Source: Trypethelium eluteriae
Lineage: Eukaryota
NCBI GenBank assembly: GCA_051942245.1
Contig: JAVECL010000196.1
Coordinates: forward strand, 1-37,138
DNA length: 37,138 nucleotides
Direction: 5' to 3'
In this document: piece after piece, positions 10,927 to 23,244 of the stretch
Layout: every line of letters starts with the position of its first letter
Position numbering within the stretch: position 1 is the first letter of the stretch
Made by a program: the position numbers and the translations under genes
The notes under the pieces: generated by a model
Told to the model about the DNA's origin: nothing
The model's database searches: none
What the model saw: only the letters and a program-made list of their open reading frames with translations

Positions 10927-13813
10927 TCAATGCCCAACGCCACCCACGACCCAATTATTAAAATTCGGATCTTCTGGCGGTGGGAAAAACCCTCCATCCG
11001 GCTGCTGTCCAGGAACGGCTGGGGCTCTCTCCTCTCCAATAACGCCAGCCTGATCCGCAATGACACCCCCTCCCCGCGCTCTCTCATCTGCCTCCCTCCG
11101 TCGCCTCTCCTGTCGCTGCTGTCGGTACCACACCAACCACGCCAGCAGCCCCATCAGTCCAAGGATAATCAAACTCTCCAAGATGCTCTCATCGATCTCA
11201 TCGTAGACGTCATCGCCCGGGAGACCGTCCGGACCGACCGTAGTTTCCCACTCGTTGCCATCGAGAGGGTCGTTGGGATCTCGACCGGCCGCATCGAGAG
11301 CTTCGTAGTAAGCAGCGGCATCGGCTTCGAGGAAATGTTGGACGAAGTCGGTGAAAGAGAACGGTTTTCGAGGCGCTAGAGATGGAAAAATTACAAGGTA
11401 AGTAATTCTATTCATTAGGTCTCATGAATGCAATACCGAGAAGAACACCGTGAAAGAAACAGGCGGTGTATAACATGATGCCCTTGCTCAAGCCCGAGTC
11501 GAATACGCTATCAACAACGAAAATGGTTAAATTGAAAAGGGAAGGGAAAGGATTACCTGGTTCATCGCGTATAGAATTGACTTTCCCGTGCGTTGCCGTA
11601 TTCCACGCACTTCGAATCCTCAGCTTGAACAGCGCCAAAGTGACAGGTAGATACGCTTCCGTAGGGTTCGTTTCTAGCGCTTGATCGTACATTCGCTTCG
11701 CAAGATGAAAGTCTTGCTCGAGTCCAACGCCATTCTCGTGCATCCAGCCCATATTCCACATAGCCTGCGCGCTCTGCATCGACTCCGCAGCAGCCTGATA
11801 GCATAGGGCGGCCTTTTCGCTATCAGCCGTTGTACCCAGGCCTTCGAGGTAATAGTCGCCCATCTTCACCATGGAGTCAATGTTCCTTTGCCTAGCCGAG
11901 CGTGTCCAATATGTCAATGCTAGGGCTGCATCTGAGAACGGGGACTTTTTGCGGTTGAAAATATTCAAGGAACGGAGGGACCATCTCGGCTGCGCTTGAT
12001 CGAGCATGTAAGCTACATTGGCTTGTCCAATCTCGAAGCCTTGTTCGGCTGCCATGAGATACTCGACGAGGGCAGTTTCCAGATCGCCATCTATGTAGGC
12101 ATCGTTGGCATCCTGGAAGGCCGAGAGCAGCATCTCGGCCTTTTCCGCAACAATCTTGTAATAAACCACAGCCTCGTTACATGATCTGTCTCTGCCAACG
12201 CCTTGATTGCTAAGCTCGGCAAGATAGTAGTATGCTTCAATGTGATTATTTCTTGCGGCGTGATCGAAATATTTGGCTGCCGTCGAGACATCTCCTTGGT
12301 CCAAAAACAATGCTCCCATTTGCACCTGAGCGGACGCCAAGTCCGCATCTGCTGCCGCAGCAAAGAAGTCAGCCGCCTTGACAGAATCTTTACTGACGCC
12401 CAGGCCATGAAGGTACATCAAGCCCAGTGAATATTGGCACAAGGCATCGCCATTAGCAATTCCTCTCTGGAACCAGATCTTGGCTTTTGTGAGGTCTTGT
12501 TTCGTGCCTTCACCACGCAAGAACATCCGTCCGATATGTCCAGCGGCTTTGGAAGCAAGTCTATCGACGCCTGGGCCGACATCACTTTTGATTTTGCCAT
12601 CTCGAGACCAGTATTTCTGGGCTACATCCATGAAATAGCCTTTCGCAGCCCCATAGTTGCGTTTGAGTGTTCGAGAACCTTCGTAATGCAATCGACCGAG
12701 GCTGAACGTTGCTTTGAGGTCACCCTTTCGGGACATGAGGTCCAGGTATTCGAGCACATCTTCGAAGGCGGCATGAGCATCGGAATTCGGCCCACCCTGT
12801 TTCGCATTTGGTCCAGAGCTGCTGACGCTGGCGCCTTCGCCATATACGCCGCCTTCCTCGTCAGCCAGTCTGTAAGACTCTTTGACCATAGAGTGGCCGC
12901 CAGGAGGCCCGGAACGAGAAAACGCTATCGCCTTATCTGCGACTTTCTTGTAGTATTTGACGGACTCTTCACAGCTTTTCGTACTCGCGATGCCATTGTT
13001 GCGACGGAAGCCCAATGTCATTTGTGACCTCGTGTCCCCTCCTTCTGCTGCAAAGGTATGATACAACGTCGCTTTGGCTTGGTCCGTTTCTACGGCGCCC
13101 GCGATGCCAGTAGAATACATCAGCCCCAGCATGTGTTGCGCTGAACTGTTCCCATTCAGATCCGCTAGCTGGCGATATCTTCGAAAGGATTCCTTGTAGT
13201 TCCGTGGGTGCGTGTAGTTTCCATAGAAGTTCATTTCCGCCAACATGTAGATTGCATCAGGGTTATGTTCCCGGGCAGCACCTTCGAGAAGCCTGATAGC
13301 CTGTGATAGAGGCTGACTTAATTTTGGCTGTTGTTCTTGGGTACTGAGAAGATCCGGCTGGGGTGGTTTATTCATGAACAAGAGGAAGAACAGCTCTTTG
13401 GCGTAATATGCCGTAGTCCCGAAAACCCCGGATGGTTTCGTAAATCGCGAAGGACGCGGATGAGACTTTCGGATTTTCCGTAGGATAGTGGTGGCTTCAA
13501 AGACTTCGTCACTGCCTAGATCATATTCATCAACGCCCTGTTTCAATCTGACCGTTTGCTGTATCGTCTGACCTTTTCGGCGGGAATCGTAAAACGTCTC
13601 CTGGACTCTGTAGCCATTGTCCCGTTGAGAGACAACATCTTCCTTGAGCGGGAGATGGTCATCAACGACCCTATCGCTCGGGCTATCGGCGCGGGAAAGG
13701 ATAGACAGCAGACAAAAAACCACTGTATTTAACCATTAACATGGAATTAGCTGAAACTGATAGAGTGGCTCACAGAAAAGAAGCGGCAGAAGCCGCCACA
13801 TGCGCCGCATCAT
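10927..13813 (-). CDS. HRD3: ERAD Hrd1 cofactor Hrd3/SEL1L (Sel1-repeat type I membrane protein)
   Basis: Exons 13813-13774, 13722-11557, 11375-10927. Signal peptide, many Sel1 repeats (AQHMLGLMYSTG; SMVKMGDYYLEGLG; AMWNMGWMHENGVGLEQDFHLAKRMYDQA), C-terminal TM (LIILGLMGLLAWLVWY) and WVVGGVGH* end. Confidence 0.93.
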
Positions 13814-14251
13814 AATGATTCGGAATTCGCCGCGCGAGCCGCTCTAGGAGCAAGCATCGCGGGATGGTCAAGAGGCCTTCAGCATGGGATGAAGGAAGTC
13901 AGGTTGCGTGGTCGCAGCGTCTTGTGAAGCCAGCTTTATCCTTGCCCAAAATGTGCAAGCTTGACATGTCGGGGGCAGCCGCACGAACTCCGATCCAATT
14001 CATCCCCGACTCCCAGTGACTCCATATGCACATGCATAGGCTGAATGTTTTTTCTAATTTCACTACCTAAAAGCTAATAACTCTGGAAGAAGAAAAAGGC
14101 ACTAGGCACCGCATATAGCATGGGCTTGGTTAATACCCACGTCATTAGTATGGGAACAGACCGTCCATGCATTGTCAATCTTCGTTACTACGGATTCAGC
14201 ATGCAAACCCCATATAACATGAGCCAAGTCATTAAGCTGAGTCTCAATCCA

Positions 14252-15576
14252 CTACATCCTTCGAAGCACTAGGTTCAAGTATGCTTCGCGGTCTGTCTCT
14301 AATGGCGCATTCCTGGTTACCGGGTTTGGTCTCAACTGCCAAGCCGTTCCGACCTCTACGGTAAGTGATGCAACCAAGATTGCGATGGCCCAGATCCCAA
14401 ACTTTGCCTGAGCAGGACACAGAAATTTGTCACGACCGAAAGGCATGAAACCTTCGTTCATCTCTGCTTCGTGCCTAACCCAGAGCTGAGGGTGAAATAC
14501 TGGATCATCCTTCTCGGAGAGTTGCCGATTTTTGGGATGCTCCCGCTGGAGACATTCAATATCCGCAGCGACTAGTTCACGTTCTGCTCTACCTTCATAT
14601 TGAAATTCGCGATAGACGCGACGAGTAGGAGGATATAGCCGGAGTGCTTCTCTCACAACATCGTATATCGAACCTCCCCATTCTCCGCGATCCTCCAGAT
14701 TGGTAAATGATGGCTCGGCGAGGAATTTAGAGAGACGCATGCGCCACAGAACTTTGCGATCCGTGAATTCGCAGAAGGCTACTTCCATGAAGCACCGCAG
14801 AACGATGCGCCACAGTGTCTCATATGAGGGTAGAATCAAGTTGAGCGCGTTCTTCTCCGGGATAGAACATTCGCTGTCAGGACACAAGGCATCGAGAGCC
14901 CCATGAAGCTTGAATTGCTGGCTCCAATGCTCAAGAGTTGAATTCTTCTTGGAAGAGACCCACAGACGATTGATCTCTCTGGCAACAAAACTTAGGTCGT
15001 CGTCGTCGATTGTGGTGACATCGACATCATGAATCGCCTGGAGGCTCAAACGCAAAGCAAGGACTTGAATGAGCGGAGCGACTTTCACACCCTCCTTGGC
15101 CTGATCAAGCCTTTGTTTGACGAAAAAACGAGCATCTTCTCCAGCAGAGCGCCATTCCGTATCGAATTGTTTAAGATGTCGGGAAGCGATGCCTTTGAAC
15201 CTCATGCGGCGCTTGAAGTCCGTTGTTGTAAAAGCATTGTCGATGCCAAAGACGATCTGAAGGCGCTGGTTTGGATACGCCCGTGACGCCGTCTTCGACA
15301 TTGTATTTTTCAGCTCTCGATCCCCATCCTCTACGAATCCTTATATTAACTCTATCGAATTCTGAAGCTCTTTTGCAGGAGATTTGATGTTAGAAGCTTA
15401 CCTGTTTCTTTTACGAAGACACCATTAGAGGCAAGTATAGCCTTGCAAGATTCGAGATCGACGTACAATTTTGCCTCCACATCATGTGGCTTCGGCTCGC
15501 GCGCGCAGAAGATATAATGAACAACGAAAGCAATCAGTGAAAATGCTGTCGTGGCTATGAGGACAGAGGCTTTCAT
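14252..15576 (-). CDS. Atypical short cytochrome P450-like protein (~417 aa)
   Basis: Exons 15576-15402 and 15330-14252. N-terminal TM anchor, K-helix EALRLYPP (ExxR), FHPQLW (PERF-like), heme-ligand motif FMPFGRDKFLCPA. Confidence 0.82.
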
Positions 15577-16028
15577 CTCTCCCGTAGAGTTCCTTGGTGA
15601 AGTAGAGCTGTGCAACGTCACGTTGGAATCCATGAACGAAGAGTGTGTGACAAAAGCGCAGCAAAAGGTGACCGCGTAAGGCAAGCTCAAATGAAAAATG
15701 GGAAAGATGTCACCGATGCAATGAAGATTAGGTGAGACGGGTGATGCTAAATATTATAGGGCAAGGGCAGCGCCTAAGGACATGCAAATTTATGCACGCG
15801 TAACCTTTTTAGGTTCTGTATCTGCAGCCTGAAAATGACAGCTAGATAAAACAGGCGGGCCTGCACATCAAACCATGCGGGTTGCTCGGATACTTGCATG
15901 TAGCAAGGTAGATAGTGATAGGTTCAAAGATGTTACCCTGAGATACCGGTCATACCTCTCCAAGCATTCGGAGAATCTGAGATTCTTTTGTCCCAGGATC
16001 AAGAACACGCAAAACAAATAGTATTTCT

Positions 16029-16850
16029 CTATGCATGCCATATTCTCTTGATTGCCTCAGTCAAACCCACATCATTGGTCTCAAACTCATAAAGTCCGAT
16101 CAGCACCACAATCGTTCCCAACCTAAGACCCCACATGAACAACGCCCGTGTTCTCGGGACTCGCTTTTGCGGTAGATAATCGATAATGATTGATCTGTAG
16201 TAATAAGCTTCAACAAATATTGGGGCGTAACAGGTGTGACCAGAACATACTCAAATCCAATATGTGAATGTACGACTAGCGCAGCACAAAACAAGCCATC
16301 CATGAGCGGATGGAGAGAACCACCAGCAAAGGGGGCGATCGTAAGTGGTATCAAGGCAGCCGAGATCAATCTGGGATGGTCTCAATATCAAAACTTTTTG
16401 ACAAGCAATTGGTTGACAAACCGTTCAAAAGACCAGTGGTAGCTTCCGTGAGCAGCAGATGGGTCCGGGACCGGGGCCGGGTCGTTGGCTGTATGGTATT
16501 AACATCGCGATGGGCTTTCGTAGCTTGATCATACCTGTGCCTTGGATCTTCTCTACATGCAATTATCAGTCCTGACCAGATTTAAGAAAAAAGTGGGGCG
16601 ACATACGTGGCAACGGTGGGAGGATTTCTCGCCTGCCACTGGCATGGAAAGCTGCTACCCTTATAGATCCTCGAAGGTGAACATTTGGTAAAGCGGACTG
16701 GATTGGACGTTTGCTCGGAAATGAGGAGGACATAGGTCTTGCCGAACGGAAAGCTGCTCTAGAGAAGGTAGAGGCATTGGTAGAAAGAAGTCGCTCCGTA
16801 GGAATGGCACGGCAGTGCCGTAGCAGCGACGGCCGTATGATCGAGGCCAT
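16029..16850 (-). CDS. SDH4: Succinate dehydrogenase cytochrome b small subunit (Sdh4/CybS; Tim18 family)
   Basis: Exons 16850-16607, 16552-16535, 16488-16422, 16370-16251, 16194-16029. Arg/Ser-rich presequence, HGSYHWSFER, HSHIGFESIIIDY, YEFETNDVGLTEAIKRIWHA*. Confidence 0.93.
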
Positions 16851-17090
16851 GGTGGCAGCGGATTGCAAGGCTGTGAACAACGACGAGCTTCCAATGTCCA
16901 GGAAGAAGATCTTGGGATTGCGGGATGGTGAAGTAGATGATGGCCGCGGCATGCCTCGGTTTAGGTCAGCAAGCATTTGATTGGTCAAAGATCCAGCCAA
17001 GCTAAGAAATCCAGACGAACAACATCCGCTATTTCCCCAGCACATTGAAGCTTGCCTTTTTCAACGTACATTCGTTTCTCCACCTTCCCA

Positions 17091-18750
17091 ATGGCTTCGC
17101 GGAGGCTCGCGCTTAATCTGCAGCAGAGCCTGCGCAATCGAGCTGCCTTCAATGCTATAAGACCACGAGTCAGGAGGCTTGCGACCCCCGTAAGTCATGG
17201 AGCAAAAACAGAGAGTACCACCCTGAGCAACGGATTCACGGTACGTTATCCATTCTTTCAGAGGCTCTAGGCATCATCTAATTACAGCAGATTGCCACTG
17301 AGCATTCTCCATGGGCGCAAACTTCCACCGTGGGTGTCTGGATCGATGCTGGAAGCCGGGCAGAAACAGATAGGACCAATGGGACCGCCCATTTTCTTGA
17401 GCATCTTGCGTTCAAGGTAAATAATGGACCCCTAAAATAAGTTTTGGCAATACTGAGGCCGTCCAGGGTACCCAGAAACGCAGTCAGAGCCAACTCGAGC
17501 TCGAGATAGAAAATATGGGAGGTCACCTCAATGCTTACACCTCGGTACGTCACGGTTACATTTGAATACAAGAACCTCATGGACGCCTATAGCTAACTCA
17601 CTCTAGCGCGAGAATACCGTTTATTACGCGAAATCTTTTAACAACGATGTCCCGGCTACCGTCGATATCCTATCTGACATCCTCCAAAATTCCAAGCTTG
17701 AACCATCAGCAATCGAGCGAGAACGAGACGTCATTCTAAGGGAACAAGAGGAGGTCGACAAGCAATTGGAAGAAGTGGTTTTTGACCATCTCCATGCTAC
17801 TGCGTTCCAGGGCCAGCCTCTGGGGCGCACTATCCTAGGACCAAAGGAGAACATCCAAAGCATCAACCGGGACGACCTTACAACTTACATCAAAACCAAC
17901 TACACTGCTGACCGTATGGTTCTTGTTGGTGCAGGCGGTGTCCCTCACCAGCAACTCGTCGAGCTCGCTGAAAAGTACTTTGCCGGTCTGCCCTCAGCAC
18001 CACCAAGCGCAGAAGCAGCTCGCGTTGCCGCTCGTCAGAAGCAACTTCCCGACTTTGTTGGCTCCGAAGTCCGAATTCGAGATGATACGATGTCGACTGC
18101 CAACATTGCGATTGCTGTTGAAGGCGTGAGCTGGAAGGACGATGATTACTTTACCGCCCTCGTTACCCAAGCAATCGTAGGCAATTGGGATCGTGCTATG
18201 GGTAACTCCCCATACCTCGGCAGCAAACTCAGCACGTTCATCAACAAGTACGGCTTGGCGAACAGCTTCATGAGCTTTTCCACTAGCTACAGTGACACTG
18301 GGTATGATTATTGATTCTTCCCATTGGCCCTTTACGCAGATGTCATCTAACGAGTATAGTCTTTGGGGTATCTACCTCGTCACCGACAACATTACCCGCA
18401 TCGACGACCTCGTGCATTTTACCCTTCGCGAATGGTCCCGCCTATCCCAGAACGTCTCGGCTGCCGAAGTCGAGCGTGCTAAAGCTCAGTTGAAGGCTTC
18501 TATATTGCTTTCTCTTGACGGCACGACCGCTGTTGCTGAAGACATCGGCCGTCAAACCATCACGACTGGCAGGAGGATGAGCCCTGAGGATGTGGAGAGG
18601 ACGGTGAACCGCATCACTGAGAAGGATGTCATGGATTTCTGCCAGAAGAGACTGTGGGACCAGGACGTTGCAGTCAGCGCCGTTGGCCGGATTGAGGGGC
18701 TATTCGACTACAGTAGAATCAGGGGGGATATGACCAGAAATGTTTCGTGA
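17091..18750 (+). CDS. MAS1: Mitochondrial processing peptidase beta subunit (M16 peptidase)
   Basis: Exons 17091-17240, 17291-17416, 17467-17544, 17607-18301, 18360-18750. [25 protein letters not shown] (HxxEH), [37 protein letters not shown]. Confidence 0.96.
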
Positions 18751-19101
18751 GTATGAGGTCTGTGTTGAGGTATCGGGTCACCATTTTGATTTTGTACAAA
18801 ACGATAGAGCTCCTGCTGCATGTCGTGAGCAGGTATGTGTATTCTATTCTCAGCAACTAAATCCAATTGCTCTACTTTCTGTCCTATTCGGGGTCGAATT
18901 CTGAGTTCGCCAAAAGCGTGATTGGACAGAACTAGACATATCGTTGCGCCTAGGGTAGAATGGTCTTCAAGTGTCCATACTGGATGAAAGATGTAAGGCC
19001 AGTAAGGAATGTCCTATCGGCGGTTACCACTACCTCGACATGACGCTGGCCACACAATCTTAGAAAGGAGAATCATGGAGTTTTATGGAGCGCCGAATCT
19101 C

Positions 19102-21164
19102 TTATACCCGAACACAATCTCCATACACCTTGAGCATTTGGACGACGACTATGAAGCCCCCCACTGCAGGCGCAAAAATGAAACATGTATAGGAAATGAA
19201 CATGCAAAGAAGACCAATAGCTCTGAAAAACGTCATGATCTGTCGTTCTTCTCTTCCGAGTATGTGTTTCGTCCAGAAAAACCTATACTGGAAAATAACA
19301 ATTGGCACCAGAAGACCGTAGATACCCCCAACTACGAGCTACGACATTGTCCATGCCCTCTGCGCACGTGTACTATGGTTCTTTTCGAACCCAGATAAAG
19401 CTCCGACAATTGCTAATGACACTCCAACATACATGGTGGAAGGACCGATAGCAGCGAGAGCCGCAGCGTCTACCAATGCTTTTGACTGCAGCAGGTCTGG
19501 AATTGATCCGCAATCTTCCTCAGATCCGCCCCTTGCTCTGGGAGATAATACCTTCCACAATCCTGTGGCTTGCTCGGAACTGACCGTGGGGAGACGACTC
19601 TTGGTCAGATGCTTGGGAGGACTAGTGAAGGCGCTTCTCCAAGATTGCATCCATTTGGAGCTCATTCGATTGGACTGTCGTTCAAAAGGAGAGCAGGCTG
19701 GAATCCTGAACATCTTGTTTTTCTCCGATGGAATGGGACGAGACGGGAAAAAAAGGGTTGGCAAATGAAGTATCTGCGAAACGGTGAGGGATCTCCGTTT
19801 CCGGTAGGGCTCCCCATTTAGCTTTCCCAATGAGACTTGTTCAGAAGCCACATCCCCTCCGTCGTCGTGTCTTCGTGCCAAGGGGGTAACAGTATCAGAC
19901 TCGGAGTACGCCTCATCCCGTAGGTGCTGTCGGAAGCCAACCATATTGTATACCTCTGCCTCGGACGTCGCAGTCAAACACAGCCTCGCGGTATTGCCTA
20001 TTTCATGGGATAATGGGCATAGATGACCGATAACTCCATCGAATATCCCACCTCTGCGAATGGCTTCGTCCATTTCTGGGGACCGTACCATATACACATT
20101 GGGATAGCTTGGGGACACAAGCTGGCCGATAAAGTTGAAAATGGACATGACCAAGTACGGTGCCACAGTTAGGCCGAAAGCGGAGTACCCGTATGTTGAG
20201 ATTTGACTTCCTCGAGCACGATATAGAGTGGCCCCTGAACTGAGTGCTTGTACGATCCCGAGAATTGCCTGCGCAGCACTGTAGATACCGGCCATGCTGA
20301 CCGTTGTTCTCCCGCTACCACTCCCAGGTTCTGGTGTGGAATTGCGAGTAACAGTTGATCCGCCATTGTTGAGGTCCACGTTTCTTACCTCAGCTATGGC
20401 GTCGCTTGGTACAATGGTGAAAGAATAACCGGCCGGGAGTTGATACGCACCGTGGACCTCGAATGGTTGAGAAACATACCAGGTCTCCCAGCCCGTGTCT
20501 CAAACAGGAAGATGCTCCTTCAGCCATTGGGGTCTGACACGCACCCATGAAGACGTACTTTCGCAACGCTGTGGAGGATGAAAGCTTGCTTCATTCTCGG
20601 GTCTACCAGGACTTTGATCTTCGCGGCTTTCTTCCTGAGAGGTGTCTTTTTCTGCGTCGTCTTTCTCTAGATTACCAGATCTGCCTCATTTGTGAGTGGA
20701 AACAACTTACCTGGACTGCTACAGTCGGGAATCTCCACACCGTCTATGACATCCCCGTCTGTTGGGCGCCAAGACCTATTTCTTGTGACCATACATACAG
20801 CGCCGGCACGTATGGCGCTCTCGATAGCGTTCGAACCGTACAGCCTCGAACTCCGAACCAAAGAGTTCACTGCGATCAAGACACCAGAGCCAGGGAAAGA
20901 AAGCGCGAGGACCTTTCTCAATGTGGAGATCAATACCGACTCCCCCGGATAGGAGTTAACAGTAGCACAATGAGCCAGGTAATTTAGAAATAGAAATACG
21001 ACAATCGATGTAGCTGTAGAATTTGTGCAAATAACATCAACTTCGCCATGATTGAAAATTTGGTTATTCTTTTCATTAGGAAAAACGTGTATTGATGTTT
21101 TATTGAACGGTAGAGAATGAGCTGAAGAGAGTATTGCCAGGAGGCTTGCTCTTGACAACATCAT
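19102..21164 (-). pseudogene. Uncharacterised multi-TM membrane protein gene interrupted by in-frame TAG (19339-19341) and possibly TGA (20500-20502); pseudogene or recoded gene
   Basis: Signal peptide at 21164, exon 21164-20711, intron to 20667, then one continuous frame to TAA at 19102 apart from the two stops. Motif-like blocks: NYLAHCATV..PGE, RAGAVCMVTR, VHGAYQLPAGY, YGYSAFGLTVAPYLVMSIFN, STRAQRAWTMS*LV, APAVGGFIVVVQMLKVYGDC. Confidence 0.72.
19561..19615. repeat. Copy A of a 55-bp dispersed direct repeat (partner at 25918-25972)
   Basis: tcctgtggcttgctcggaactgaccgtggggagacgactcttggtcagatgcttg; 50/55 identical to copy B. Confidence 0.85.
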
Positions 21165-23244
21165 GAGCTTGATGAAAACCGAGCTTTCTAGCTGCGAGTA
21201 ATCAAAACTTTGGTGAACTTTGCGTAAGATTGTCGCGATTACAAGGTAAATTAATAACGTCCTCAAGGCTGGAAAAATCAGCAGTAAGGCGTCGGAATAG
21301 GTAGCCAATATTCATATTTTTCAGCCTTTAGCACAGACAAAGCAGTTCTCAACCCAATCAGGGCATGCTCCCTTAGTCGACAAGGCTGAAAATGGAGGAG
21401 CTCGTCAATCGATGATCTTTGAGAGGTCAGTCTGACTCCACCAGCATTCAGCCTGGGTTAAGGACCCATAAGCAGATACAACTCCAGAACAGCCTACGAG
21501 GAGTACCTATCAAGGACTTCACCAGCTCCATTGCTAAACTTACAAGGCTGGGCGTGGTTGCATAGCGACGTTTAGCTTAATGGAATTCACCGGTGGGAAA
21601 GAGACACCCAAAAACTTACCCACAGTGAAGTAGTCAATACTCTACGCATTTCCGAGATTAAGCGCATCAGCAAATCTTCTTCATGGAAAGAAAAAGGAAT
21701 GCCACGAAATAGGTCTTTCAGAAATAGATTTGGCATTAACGACGCGACTGGCAGAATAGTACGCCTACGTTCCGTGAACCCCAAGCCCAAGCCATTTCCG
21801 GCTCAGCTTCGACCACATAGGTACTCCGCAGGGCTCGTATATCTCAACACTGGGTATCACTTCTAATAGGTATCGTGACGATCATACTACTTGTAACGTG
21901 CGATGTTGCAGGGTGGAAGGAAGACTGAGCAGTACGGGCGCCATTCGAGTTTACGGCGAAAGGCTGGGCGGACAGTGATATCATCTCACCCCATCCGACA
22001 GCTCCTTCGTTACACTTCGCCACGAAATATGACGTTCCTGCCCCAGATGTCTAAAGCTATGCGACCAATGCCAGAGCGAGTTTCGAGGATCTTCACTTGG
22101 CAGAGCCACTAAGCTTTTTGCTCTGCCAGCCACATGCTGCGCAGCATGGCCCGTCACGCGCAGCCATGGGTGTCGGAATACAGCGAAGTCAAAAGGGAAG
22201 GCTACGACATCCTGCTCACATTGCCATTATGCCCAATGATCCTGTCTGCCAACCCGCATGTCTCATCGTCCGAAGTTTGTCACTAGGCATGCAGAGCCAG
22301 AAAACAGGGTCCGTTCGGCAAATGTACAGGGGAGTAGGACATCGGTTCCGTACTCCGTCGAAGCGCGCGATTCCTCGACAAAACTCTCTCCTCCGGGCGC
22401 TCATCCGTAGCAGGCTTAGGATGGGTTTGCTTGCTCTGACATCCCCCACCAACTCCTGAGACGGGGTTGGCTGTTGGGCAACGGCGATCAACAGTCGCAA
22501 AGCGTGAGGATAGTGTTTGAGATAAGAGTGTATATCATTATTCGTTCTGACATGGTGTAACGTTGCCAATCCTCTACCAGTCCCACGAGACATTCTGAAG
22601 CCAAATTGCCACCATCATCTGTGTGCCCTCAGGTCTGCATCGCCTCGTGGCAGTCGCAGGTCTTGACGTCGGCGGGAGAATGGGTGGGCGCGCTATGTCA
22701 AGCACCAGGAGCTGAACTGTGGGCAAAGCAGACTTGTCGCGAAAACTTGCAATGTGACCTATGGCATGGCGAAGGCAGGCGGGTAGCGGTTTGAGAGGGC
22801 GGCGACATGGATGTCATAGGATCGGGTTGAGTGGCGCCAGGACGGAAAGCGTAAGGGTCTCTAGTAAGGGACTTTTGGCGGAGCAATGATCATCGACCCA
22901 CCATGCCACACTGGGTCTGCCCCGAGCACCAAACAGGTCCGCTCTCTCTCTCTCTCCATTCTCGAGAGTCCACCTTTGATCCCACCGGTCGGCATGATTA
23001 CCCTCTGCAAATCCCACTCCACCCTTCTTGTATAACGTTGCTTCTTCTTCTCTGCTGCCTTCATTAGGGCCATTGGAACTACGATACCCTGAACTTGAAG
23101 GCCTTTCAATTTGCAACACCATTCACAGCCGGCCTGTGACGTAGGCGGCCTCGCTACCCGCTGTCGCACCACCAGGACCAAGGGCACACTTAGCTCACAA
23201 CACCGCCGCCCGCGACACTATCATCACCCTTCCTTCCAGCAAAA

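Noticed and set aside
12434..13027. 197-aa antisense ORF within HRD3 (likewise 29162-29719 within the AAA gene)
   Set aside because: Codon-pattern shadow of the real gene on the opposite strand.
21587..23187. Scattered short ORFs and a (CT)n tract at ~22942-22956
   Set aside because: Consistent with a long promoter/UTR and an ordinary microsatellite; no coherent gene.
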